Assembly: GCF_018977255.1 (NCBI RefSeq)
Contig: NW_024704743.1
Span: forward strand, 48,362,001 to 48,426,000
Length of the DNA stretch: 64,000 nt
Direction of reading: 5' to 3'
DNA from: Callorhinchus milii
Taxonomy: Eukaryota
The stretch's first letter is position 1. Each line of letters begins with the position of its first letter. Below are positions 51,970 through 64,000 of this stretch, in pieces. Made by a program: the position numbers and the translations under genes. The notes under the pieces are model-generated. The model made no database searches and was not told the origin of the DNA. It saw nothing but the letters and a program-made list of their open reading frames with translations.

Positions 51970-52601
51970 AATATTCATCACTACAACATCACCCAGCTCC
52001 GCCACTGCCTCTCTCCTCAGGCCACCAAGACCCTCATCCGTGCATTTATCACATCCATCACATTCAGGATCGATTATGCCAACTCCCTGCTTGTCGTTCT
52101 TACCAACTCTTCCCTCCACAAACTACAGATTATGAAGAACTCTGTAGGTCGTGTCCTCTCCCGAACCAAGCTCCGTGAAAGGGTGGTCGAGGCCGATTCA
52201 ATAACTACTTTTAAAAACGCGGTGGATGGATATTTGAGGAGCACGGGTTTGCAGGGTTATGGGGAAAGGGCTGGGGAGTGGGTTTGACATTAATTGCTCT
52301 ATTCAAAGAGCCAGCACAAACTTGATGGGCCAAATGGCCTCTTTTTGTGCTGTACAATTCTATGATTGTATGATCTCTGCCCCCACCCTTTGGACCTCCA
52401 TCCCAAAGTCCCTTTGCCTCGCCCCTCCCTTGTCTCGTTCAGGGCCCGTCTCTTCGACTGTGCCTTCGATCAGCCTCCTACCCCTGCCCTCCAGCCCTCC
52501 TGATCCCAACCCCCAGCTTGGGTGTAAAATGGGATATTCAGCACCTTGGGAGGTCCTCCCAACATGAAAGGCACTATATAAGTATTTTTTGTTGTTGTTG
52601 T
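51970..52601 (+). mobile_element. L2 3' fragment interrupted by a CR1-type 3' fragment (about 52178-52372)
   Basis: TLIRAFITS..RIDYANSLL..KLQIMKN, then VVEADSITTFKNAVD plus a CR1-like tail (gggccaaatggcct...ttctatgatt), then the L2 3' end resumes. Confidence 0.8.
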
Positions 52602-53229
52602 TGAATATTCCTCAACCAATGTGATACCTGTACAAGATTTTGCTGGAAATTTATCAACATCTTTGTTTGTTGACATTGGTTTATTGACTGTCAGGGTCTT
52701 ATTTACTTAAGATACTACAAAATAGTTTATTCTTAAGTGCAATGTCATACTGTAACATTTTTCTTTTCCCTCTTGTAGCATCAACCTGCTTGCCTTACTC
52801 ACAACTTTGTTGGTTTATAGGCCTTACAATCTGGTCACTATTTGTGACTGCTGTGCATTTTAACTTAAAATAGAATATGCAAACCATTGCCCTGATAGTT
52901 AGAGTGAACCTAGTTGGAAAAGCTATGGGATATACTTCAGGGACTTCTAATTTCTTGGCTTTCTGCAACTCATTTTTGTATTCTCTGAACATAGGCTAGT
53001 AGACTGTGCCTATCACCCATTACCTCTTGCTCTCCTCTCCCCTTCCTGAGGGAGTGATTGCAAATAGCTCTAGAGTTCCGCTTTCTGATTGCTGTTGAGT
53101 GACACATTTTGAAAATTCTGTGGATGTCAGATTAGGACAGAATGGATTGGGCTATGATATGCCTATCCTCACTGTGTAGCAGCCAGCAATACCTATCTGT
53201 TTTTGCACTCATTCAGAATAGTTACTGTA

Positions 53230-53648
53230 TGTCAGCCTGGCTCAGTGGTAGCTCTCTCGCTTCTAGAGTCAGAAGGTTGTAGATTCAAGCCCCACATCGG
53301 GACATGGAACCACATAGTCTAAGATGACACTACAATGCAATTCTGAGGGTGTGTTGCATTGTTGTAGATGCCGTCCTTCAGATGAGACGTTAAACCAAGG
53401 TCCCATCTACCTGTTGAGGTGGACGTTAAATATCCCATGATATTATTCAAAAAGAGAAGGGAGTTTCTCCCAGTGTCCTGGCCAACAATCACGCAAATAA
53501 AATTGGTTGTTCATTCCATGGCTGTGGGGACATTTCGCCGTCAAAATATAGATTCAAAAACATTTTACAGTATATCTGTGAAGCACTTTGAAATGTTACA
53601 ACAACGTGATATAGTGTTATATAAAATTCAAGGATTATTATTATTAAT
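53230..53648 (+). mobile_element. Older tRNA-SINE, family A, DeuSINE-like (SacSINE1/AmnSINE1-type central domain)
   Basis: tRNA-like head, then gccgtccttcagatgagacgttaaacc...ggtggacgttaaatatcccatg...gtgtcctggccaa (recalled Deu domain), then the same L2-type tail as family B. Confidence 0.75.
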
Positions 53649-53889
53649 AGTTGGATGGAGGAAGACTGCTGGTGCTGCAACAATCTGAGTCACTACCTTT
53701 AAGGCAGGTGAGTAAACTTGAAGGAAGATATCAAAATTACTTTGGGATTTAATGATGCATCCAAGTTTTAATGAATGTGCCCCAAGCTAAAAGTGCCCAC
53801 TTTCAAAGGTATTTTGGCATGTTTCAGGACAAATACCAGGACATTTTTTCTTTAAAAGAGTGTGCTTTTAGGGTAATAAATATTTATAT

Positions 53890-54025
53890 GGGGAGGACAA
53901 GTTTGCAGGGCTATGGGGAGAGAGCGGGGGAGTAGGATTGAATTGGATAGCTCTTTTCAAAGCGCCGGCACAGACACAATGGGCCGAATGGCCTCCTTCT
54001 GTGCTGCATAATTCTATGATTCTAA
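53890..54025 (+). mobile_element. CR1-type 3' tail fragment
   Basis: gggccgaatggcctccttctgtgctg...ttctatgattcta; similar to 52240-52372 and 30080-30240. Confidence 0.7.
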
Positions 54026-55689
54026 ATTACTGGAACAGGTTCGAGGAAGGGTGGTTGAAGCCAGGACAATGGACTTATTAAAAAAAAGCATAGCTCAATG
54101 TTGTAATGGGAGGATGTAGGGTGGGATTTCTTGAGGAATGGCCTTCTTCGTTCAATCTGATCTTGTGAATTAAAACTATTATTAGAGATATTTGGCTGCA
54201 TGGCATTGAGGAGTGTTTATTAATAATGATAATCCTTGCATTTGATATGGCATTGATTAGCTTCTTCCAATAAAAACTGTACCAAAGCAATGGAACCCTG
54301 CTATAAGATGCTAGCTGGGAGTCCGTAAAATCCCATCCAGCCTTAAGGAGGTGAGATTGTAGATCAGCACTTCTGCATTCACTGTACATGCACACACAGC
54401 TTCCCATTCACAGGCCAGCTCCCTGCATTAAAAAGGGCCAATCTCCAAATAATTAAGTCACTGCCAATGTCGCTACCTGTGCTACATATGTGTGATACAT
54501 GAAAATCATGTTGGAGGCAACCTGGAAGGTGATGTAGAAGTCTACTTTTGTTTAGCATAGCTGGAATGTGGGAAGTCAAAATGGCAACGTCTGGAGCAAC
54601 AGGTTGAGAATCCTCTCCACTGGTGCTTACAGTGATCTCACTGGGGTTTACCCACATTTTAGATTTTTGAATGTACTTCTGTAAGAGACTTTAAAGTTGG
54701 ATTATGTCACAATATACCATTAAAGGTAGAGTGTGCTTAAAGCTTACGTACAGTAAACAGTTTCATTTGTTTAAGAAAGAAAATTTTGTATTTTAATTTT
54801 TTTTTAAATGTAGCCTCTATTGAAACATAGTTTAGGGAAAAGTGCAGTAAAACACCTCCCCCACTGAGCCGCACTTGTCAGTTGTCCATTGGATTCCAAA
54901 ATGTAAGCATAGGGTTATAAACAATTGTGAAATTGTGCTCGTATGTGTGTGTTTAAACATCTAAGCAACCACTCAAATGCGCACAACACAGTTTTCCCCA
55001 ACAGCGTAAAATTAATGTACAGTATTTTATACCCTGCAGGGTTGGCTCAGAAGGAGATAGAAAATAAAGAAAGGTAGGGAAACTCAGCGATAGAGAGACT
55101 CAGATAAAGGGAGAGAGGAGAGAAAGGCAGAGTAGAGAGGGGCAAAGAACAAGTACTGGTAGAGAGAGTGAAGTACCACAATGACAGTATCACTACTGAT
55201 GGAACCTTTTAATTAATGCTGTAGCGCATTTGTATTTAGCCCATGTCTATCTACTCTTTATCTACAATGAGACCAGTCCCAATTATAGCAGAAAATCAGC
55301 TGTGAAATAATCTCTGCTGTATTTAGCAAAAAGTCACTGCAGCTTTCAAAAGTATTTGAGAATTAAAAGTTAAAATTTGACATGCAGACAGTCTCTTAGC
55401 TTGTGAAAAAAAGATACAATTTAGAGGAAAATCTCCTAGGTTAAATTAAATGGAGTTTTTTTAAAAAAAATAACTACACTAAGGTAACATTGGACGCATG
55501 AGGTAAGCGTGGTTCAACTAGCAGACTGTGGGCCACATTCAGCCCAGCTGGTGATTTTATCCAGCCCGAGACCATTTCCACCATTCCAACTTCTGCTCCT
55601 TCTCTCCCTCCCTGGTGAACTTCCTCGCAGGGCAGAGGCAGGAGTTGGTGGTTGGGAGGACGCAGTGCGGAGACTGGAAATAATTCTGC

Positions 55690-55954
55690 AAGGCAGTGTC
55701 CCACAAACAGTCATGGATTAAGTGACCAAATTATCATTATTATTTATTATTGTTATTATTTTATTTTTTGAAAGGATTATTGTCCCCGGAAAAGCAATCT
55801 GCCAACTGACTAACAATCGGGTTCCTACTTACTGCTAGGTGAACAGAGGCATGTGGAATAAGGAAACTTGTCCAACGTTTCGCCCTGCTGGGAATCAAAC
55901 CCAGATCCTCTCACGTGCGAGGCAAGTGCTCTAACCACTAAGCTACAGGACTCC
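55690..55954 (-). mobile_element. SINE family B, long subtype, 3'-truncated
   Basis: Head and central domain match 44226-44583. Confidence 0.85.
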
Positions 55955-58900
55955 ATAAATTATGTTATGTTTCTGAAAGGAAAACACAAAATATTGCTAA
56001 TACACCAGCAGACTTTCTCAAATAGGGAATCCAGCCCACAGCAGCCAAAATGTTGGTCCACCCTCATTAGGTTATGCAACATTTCTGCTTCTTGCGCCTT
56101 TTAGTTTTGCTACAGAAATCCTCTCATATCAAATTGTTTCAGAATGTATTCTTGAACTAGAATGAATTATGAATATTGTCTGGGATTCATTTTCGCCCTC
56201 ATGCTCTAAGACACTACCTCATATGAAGGGGCTATAAAAATGCAAGTTATTATTGTTGATGCTTCAATCTTTGAATGTGAAGTCTGTTCAGACTTCCCAT
56301 TTTGATTGTCAGAACTGCATACTTACATTTGTGTGTATTTTTCAATGTGTTCTATTTGTTCCCTTAAATCTGTTTACATTTCTACCATCTGGAGCAGGTT
56401 GAAGGCTTTGTATTAATTTATTTCTACAAAAACAGCTAAATCATTAAGTTAATGGGGCAAATAGTAAATCTTTTAAAGGAAAAATGTTTTGCAGAGACAA
56501 TGTCCCTAGTATTTCTCAAGTCTCATATATCCACAAAATTAAAGTTTTAAAGATATTAGTGTGAAATCAAAGATGTTAAGATAGAAGTGAACAATTAATT
56601 TTATTTTGTTTGTATGAAGATTTTTTGAGCCTCTGGAATATGTCAGGTATGTCAGAATATCCATTTGGTACTTCAACCTCTTTCAGTTTAAATTTGTTTG
56701 TAATCGTTTTTCATCCAAAGGTTTTAGACATTTCCCTATGAATGTCAATGTCCCATATGGTTAAAATTATTCACTGAACTAATATAATGTATTAGGTAAC
56801 AGGTAGAGGGAAATAAATGTTTGTCAAACGTGAATTTGTTTTTATGTAAGTATAGTTCTTGAATGTAATTATCGTTTATACCGATAACTAAAATCAAGTT
56901 ACTGACCTATGATTGGACTGCTATCAGATGACGGATTTATTTCAGCATGTCAGTTATTCATATACTGTAATTAAATTGCCCCTCCAAATTGTCTGATAGA
57001 TCTATTGTGGGACCAGTATACACTTAGCCATCTTAGCCATCATGTGCCATCTTAGCAACGTGGGGTACTGGTTAACTGGTCGCACTCTACAAAATAGAAT
57101 AACTTTTATTTTATAATATCATTGTGGAAAAACTACAATAGCAGTGCTAACTTTTCTCAGCCCTTTAATTATAGAAGCAATATCTATTCTTTATTTCAAA
57201 ATTCTCTTTGTTCCCTTTTCCCCAAAATGGCCTCCTCCTCACTACCCCACCCCCAACCAAAAAAAACCAATAAACCGAACCTTTCTATTTCACAGGACAC
57301 CCATGATTTCACTTCTATGGTTGATTAAGTTACTGATTGTGAAAGATGGCATTCCACAATTGGTTATACTCCACACCAATAATACTCAAGGGGCCTTAAA
57401 GTTTATAGTATCACGTAGAAGTACCTGTTCATTGTGATGGGATATGATCTACTTTCAAATATCACCTCTAGGATATTATAGGTATTAGTCAAATGGCTTC
57501 AAATTGCAATATCTTCTCTTTGAATAATAAAAATTATAAAAATGTCACTAAGAAACTTCATTTCAGTTTGTCAGTATTTAATCTGTAATTGTTTTGGGGA
57601 ATTGTTGCTTTGAAAGAAATTATCTTTTCAGACAATGCTTAACAGAAAGAGGACTTGTATGTCAAAATCTTACCCGTATTTTCATGCCTGTTGTCGGTCA
57701 AGGGGCAGGCTGTAAAACCTTGGTGATGCTGGATTGATTTGCACTCTGTTAACATGAAACTGTATTGCACAAACAGATTGTCATTCCAACTTTTAACACC
57801 ACCAGACTATTAAACTTTTTTTTCCTCAAATAGAGTCATTGAGCTTTACTTATTCAATGAACTGTACATTTACAGTATTAAATAATAAAGAGTGAATTCA
57901 CAATTTAGTTCCACATCAGCCATGGTCTGTAGACTGGAGTGAGATTTTAAGATATTTTGTATTGATGTTCAAGTGTTTTTTAGCCATAAACAATGGATTT
58001 CAGTTTTGTACTTGTGGTCCCAGATAAGTTTCAGGGCATCAGTAAAATACAGATGCAGTGCCACTGGCTATGGAAACCACTTTATTATCATAGTTATCAT
58101 CATGCATGATAAAACTTCATGTTTGCATTGACATTTGTCTAAAATATGATACCTAGATATTGTTTAGTGTACCAAAGAATGAAATCTGTAATTTAAATAT
58201 GAATCTAACTATGAATCTCAATTAAGATATTTTAGTCCACTGTTTATCAACGATAATGGATTATAAAAGTCACAATATATAACCTACTTAATAACAGAAT
58301 GTGTCAAAACCACCATGTGGTGCGTGTGCTTTTTTAAAAAAGACAGACAGCCACTCTGTTTGCCATCATTTTGTTTTGCAATTATTTTTGTAAGAAAGGT
58401 GAATTCCTCTGGAAGCAGTACATCTTCTGCCCTGCAGCTAGTTCAACATGCAGTTATTTTATTTCTCTAGATTATGTTGCTTGTGCTTTTATACTGGAAT
58501 CGCACTGCAGCCTTGGCTGTCTGAAATTACTACATGAGTGAAAACAGCTTTGTAGCAGTAATTACCTAAGCCTTGTCAGATGTTAACAACAAGACTCTTT
58601 GCCAGTAGTAACCAAGGTAATTGTACAATTCCATTTTATATATTAAATGATTAATAGAAAACCATTTTAATATGCTATAAACTGATATATCTTATAAAAT
58701 AACTGAAGTTGTTTCTGGTTATTAATGGGTTCTTTATTTTCTGAACGTGGTTAATTAAATCTTTTCCCTTCCATGTGCAATCATATATGCATGTATGTGT
58801 GTTTGTGCTATATTCTGACATGAAGGGTTTTATGCATTGAGGGATACCAGATGGCTTACTCACACATACCTGAGTTGCTGCATGCTGTCTGGAGACTAGA

Positions 58901-61900
58901 CCCAGGCTATGCACTTTTGACAGAACATTATACAGAGACCAGTAAAATATTTTTTGGTTTACATAGGTGTAGGAAACATAATGACTTGACTTGTTCCACA
59001 CCCTCCATCACAATCTGTTTTTAAATTCTCGCAAGTGGAACCAATAACCAACATCCCCAAGAACCTGTAGATTTGTCTCTAATTAACTGCAATATTCCTC
59101 TTCCACAAGTAAGTCTCCAGAAAAGGCTTTCCTCTGTTCTAATGTTTATTTGGGCTGTAGGAGAATGGGGACAGAGGAATGGAGCAAAACATTTTAGCTT
59201 TTTGTCAGTTTGACAAATTTTAATGTGTACATGTTATAATAATCTTAGATCTACATATTTGGAAGTGATTTGATCAACATTTCTTTCAGAAATGTATTCT
59301 GCTGTGAGCACTGATCATGAGATGGGAAGTCTGAATGAGAAAATTATGCTTCTGAGCATATTAACCATTAGAAGCATATTAATATTATACAATTTCATTT
59401 TTGGGATAAAAATCAGTGTTCCATCATAAAGACTTATGGGTTCAAAATAAACAAGGATTTATTTTTAAGTAGCATTCCTTGTGTAATATTTTGGGGCTTT
59501 AAATACTTATTTAATTTTTATCAGCATTGCCTCTTATTTTGTTTGCAACATTATAAAGTTAAATGAACACGACATAAGTCAGCTAACTTCTGCCTAGATT
59601 GATTCTTAGGTATTTTGTTTTCAATATTTACACTGATATTTATAGAAACTACATATATCTTTTCTGAAAAAGTTCAATTTAACTAAAAAGACACAGACTG
59701 TGGTTTTGTCTTTTTAAGATGTGCTAATGCCAAATCGGTACAGAACTACAATCACAGACTGTGTAACATTATGCATAGTAGAATATATTTGTACACTTGT
59801 GCATTTTAAAAATTTTAAATGCAGATTTTAATTGGCTTAATTGGGATTTATTTTGCTCTTAGGGCTCATGCCTTGAATGGTAATGATAAAGCAGAAGGTT
59901 GAATGGGATAATTTGCAATGCTTCATTCTGCCTGAATATCCTGCTTTAGGGCTGTCAGAACACAGTAATTAGCCTACGAGATGCTGGAGAACAAGAACCT
60001 TTGGAATTTTATGTTTACCTCCATACCCCTATTCTTTCACTGGCAAAATGTAACCCTCTGAAATCTGCAACCTCTTTGAATAGAAAACGGCAGGGATTTC
60101 AGATTTTTCTTATTGCTCATTTTGTGTTGTATATTGTGTTGTATATTGCTGTTTTTTGTGTTTTCAGGAAGGGTAAAGATTCTAAAGAGTAAATGTTGAT
60201 CATTTCCAAATTGCCACATTGATAAGGTGAAACACATTTTGAAATTAATTCACATTGAAATTAACACAAATCAATGTTAGTTTTAATTTAGTAAATTAAA
60301 TAAATAAAGTCAACACTTGAGAATTCCAGGATCAATAACTTTTAATGCCATGTCATGACTTATAAATCATTTTCAGCTTCTGAAATTTAAGCTATCTTGA
60401 AAATACTCTTTGTCATGAATATCTTTATTTGATGAATATTTTCAGTGTTAGGGTTAAATTACACATGTGTAATTTTGCCAGATATAGAAATTAATTTGCA
60501 TATAATACAAACAGCCAGAGCAATCTCCTCTGTTGAACAGCAATTCCACAACATTTTGGTCTGTAAAGTGCTTATTTAAATTTCAATATCTTATGTTAGA
60601 GGGATGTTAAGCAGGATTTGCTGAAAGTGACATTTTTGAGTCATTTTTGTTAATACACAAAATGCTCTCCTTTTGGTTTTGTGCCTACTTTCAGTTCCAA
60701 AGGTGTGAATATGTGAACTTCTGCTTATTATTTGCTCCCATTCCCTTAGCCCGTACTACATTAAGACCACTGATGTAGTAGTTGCTGTATGGTAATTTAC
60801 TGTGCATTTTTTTGTAGTGTAAAAAATTAAACATTTTATCAATTAACCATGAAATAAAACAGTTCTGATGAGTTGAAACTGGGTAGTTTTGAATTGTGAA
60901 GTCTGCTTTTGATTACTAGTTCAACCATATTGGTATTGAGAATATTGTGTGATGTTCAGGAAACCAGATGGACCTAATTGTGCATCATGTCAGTACCTTT
61001 ATCACCAGAAGTTCTGTTTAAGTGAATTTTGCACAAGAATACAAGTAAGACTTGTACCTAATTTTGTCACTTATTTCAAATTTGTTTAGAATGGCTAAAT
61101 AGCACCACACTGCAGTATCATATTTCAAAATAAGGTTACAGTTCAGCTGTAACAAAATAATCTGCTTTATTGCAAAACATTTTATTTCAAGCTATCAAAG
61201 AAAATTTAAATGGTTAAATATTATCATTCAGAGTCTCAGAATCCTTTTTTTTAATTTCACCTTTGATATATTAAAAGATTTGTGCCATAAATGTAATGCA
61301 GATTTTTTGTATTGGTCATGTGATGCCTGAAATGCACATAGAGATAAAATGCCTTCACATTGTGGTGATTTCCAGGATTTGTTACCTCTTCTCGTGCTAA
61401 TGAATTGTTTTTGTAAAAAAACAGTCAATCACTGTGAGCGATGGGTTTTCAACAAATTTTACATTAAATTGTAATCCAATCCCTGATGTTATGATGCATG
61501 TTGAATTTTCATAAAGCATTTCAATTATTTCTGTCTTGTATGCTGGCCAGGAGTTTTGCTTTGTTGCTCAGATTGAATGAACTCTCCACTGACTGCACTC
61601 TTGTGCTGCTCTTGTCTGTTGCGGCAGAATTCTGTCAATTTTAAACCTCTGCTGGTATTTGCTTTATCATGAAGCAGAATTTGACAATGCCTTTGAATAC
61701 TGAACAATGGTGGTTTTATTCTGTTCTCATTAAATTGTATTTATTTTAATTTCATTGCAACTTTCTACTATTGAAAACCTCAAAATGATAATCGCTGTAA
61801 CATTAGAAATGTTTTCGTTACATTTTTGTGTCTGATAGATTTTAAACATACAGGTGAATGAAACTAAGTGCTGTCAAATTTTACATTGTGCTTATTAGTG

Positions 61901-62100
61901 CATTTTAATACTCTTCAAGTTTTATGTAATGGATCCCTGCAGTGTTTAGATGTAGTAATTAAAATGGTCAAACTTTCAACGTCAAAAGTTTATTTTGGGG
62001 TTGAGCAGTTTAACTTTATTGTAGTTTAAACAGGGCTGTCATTGCTAAACTTATTTTAAATACTGTTATACTGATGTGTATATTTTTGTTCATATTTTAG

Positions 62101-62193
62101 GAATATAATTCATTGGGGTGGTGGGTAGGAGAAATGAAGGGAACTATTGGCTTGGTGCCTAAAGTGTACCTAATGGAGATGTACGACATTTGA
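62101..62193 (+). CDS. SKAP2: SKAP2 last coding exon (EYNSLGWWVGEMKGTIGLVPKVYLMEMYDI*); exon continues 10 nt to a donor at 62203
   Basis: Acceptor catattttag|, stop TGA at 62191-62193, donor GG|gtaagt. The C-terminus EMYDI matches SKAP2. Confidence 0.96.
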   Translation, partial: EYNSLGWWVGEMKGTIGLVPKVYLMEMYDI

Positions 62194-63551
62194 GAAGGCC
62201 TGGGTAAGTACATTTTAATTGAATCTGAGTATAATAGACCATAAGTACTTTATTCCAGTATCATTTATATAGCAAACATTCTTGTCAGGGATTCATCCTG
62301 TAGTTCTAAGATGTATTGTTTCTGGGGAGGGTTATATGTTTTGGAGGCAGACTTCTGAATCTTCATGTTGTGAACTGTCAAAATATTTCCCAAGGAATAA
62401 TTTACTGAATGAGAAAAAGAACTGATATGGGGTCTGTTTCTGCATTTTATTGATTTAATGCACTTCTTTTACTCAGTGTGGCTAAATGAGGATATTTCAC
62501 CTGTCAAATATTTCTGAAAAATATCTTCATGAAGAAATACTCTATCTGTACCACACAGATTGCATCAGATTGACCTACTTTTACAAGAAACTAACTCTTC
62601 TTTCCACTCTTGCAGCAATACATTCAGACTAGTATATTCCTTTGGGATACTAAAAATGTACAACATAAAGGAGAAACATGTTACATAAAATGAACACTGG
62701 TGTAGATGCTGATTGCTTGCTTTTTTTTCTAATTTTCAGTAACTTGTGGAATTACTCTTTAGATCTCATGGTACATTGTTTATTTCCCATTAGCAAAACA
62801 TTCCCACAAGAGTACAAAAGGAGAATGGTATTATACTGTACTTGACTCACATATTACACAACAACAACAACAAGATTCCATTTATTGAGCGCCTTTCACG
62901 TCGGGAGGACGTCCCAAGGCGCTGTACAGTTGAAATTAGAGTAAAAACATGCCACAAAATAATTTAATGTTTTGGAATGTTTATCAAAATTACACAAAGT
63001 AATCAGGTGTGTGAGAAATAAATCCGGTATTATAGCATATTTTATCTAATCCTGTAATTTTGTGTAGCGATTCATGTTCCCATTTGGAAAAAAACATTTA
63101 CTTCGCAAAAATGTTTATGAACGTCATAGACGAATAAATTATTATTAGAATATGGTCTGTGGCTTATTTATTTCATATCGATCCAATTTGTTTTCCAGAG
63201 AAAGGATTCGGCCAAATTTTTACAGTATACTGTAGATTTACTACAGTATACTGTAAGAAAACACTAGATGGCAGTAGTTTTCTATTGCTTCATAACTGTT
63301 TTCTTCTTTTTTTCTACCAACCCCCCTCCCCCCCACTGTCACACACACTAGAACCCACCCACCTATAATGAGGGCTTGTGTGTACAAGAGAAAAAAAATT
63401 AAAAAATGGATTAAAGGCAGGGCAAGGCATGACTATCCTTGGCCAGGAGAGGGAGTTCTCATCCACCACTATGGTGCTTCAGCTCCGCAATTTATTTTAT
63501 AACAAAGATAACATCATCTTATTAACAATATAATCTATCCTCTTGCCACAG

Positions 63552-63970
63552 ATGTGAAATCGAGAAGCAGTTAAGTGTTTAATTAAATTATTTCCTCGTT
63601 ATTGTAATTATCTTTCATCATTTCACTGATACATTATTTTTATTTTTCTCTGCTTATGCAGCATTATGAACTATAGCTCCCAGGGATTTCACACTGGTTT
63701 GGTATAATGACATCTTTGCTAAATATGTAGCTAATATGTTTGCACTGGTTTCTAAGACTTGTCATTATAACTTAATTAATTGTATTTTTTTTAAAAACTT
63801 TAAAATGTAAGGTGTGACTACTGTGTATTTTCCCCTTCCCAGTCTGTCTAGAAGTAACTGTAAGCACTGTTTTCTGTCTTGTCTGTTCTACTTTATTGAA
63901 TCTTGTTCTAATGTTCCAGTCTGCAGATTTTAAGGTTCAAATAAAGTTTAATTGTGTGCAAACTGTTGTT
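63552..63970 (+). other. SKAP2: Probable non-coding terminal exon (3' UTR) of SKAP2
   Basis: The donor after the stop codon needs a downstream exon. Candidate acceptor tcctcttgccacag| at 63551, AU-rich sequence after it, AATAAA at 63940-63945. Both ends are uncertain. Confidence 0.5.
63940..63945 (+). promoter_or_regulatory. Candidate polyadenylation signal AATAAA
   Basis: Canonical hexamer followed by GT-rich sequence (ttgtgtg, ctgttgtt). Confidence 0.4.
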
Positions 63971-64000
63971 ATGCTAATAATTTAAATGCCTGCTGTGTAA

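Noticed and set aside
56903..56919. Second DR5-like motif (AGTCCA-N5-AGGTCA on the minus strand)
   Set aside because: One half-site deviates from consensus, and such matches are expected by chance in 64 kb.
510..62193. Assignment to the paralogue SKAP1
   Set aside because: GYLEKRRKDH, DKQQKGEFAIDGY, YEELP and the terminal EMYDI fit SKAP2 as I recall it.
1..64000. CRISPR array, operon or other prokaryotic/viral system
   Set aside because: No regularly spaced repeat-spacer array and no long ORFs. The window is a spliced vertebrate gene with interspersed repeats.

Overview
AT-rich, CpG-depleted vertebrate genomic DNA, most likely from a cartilaginous fish (inferred from the SINE and LINE repertoire). 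The window holds the 3' two-thirds of a SKAP2 (SKAP-HOM/SKAP55R) gene on the + strand. Eight coding exons with canonical GT-AG sites splice in frame into PH domain, acidic tyrosine-motif linker and SH3 domain, ending ...LMEMYDI*. A probable non-coding last exon with AATAAA follows. The 5' exons lie upstream of the window. Introns carry many L2 and CR1 LINE 3' fragments, two tRNA-derived SINE families sharing an L2-type tail, a decayed Tigger/pogo transposon, a hAT element with an 8-bp TSD, and palindromic MITE-like elements. No prokaryotic-type system, CRISPR array or novel protein-coding gene is supported. The best leads are modular SINE evolution (CORE-like plus Deu-like hybrid, tail-loop change matching a partner L2) and candidate intronic enhancers (perfect DR5, Pbx-Hox/Meis cluster), relevant because SKAP2 flanks HoxA in gnathostomes. 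Repeat boundaries are approximate and read by eye. Family assignments rest on recalled consensus motifs, not database searches.
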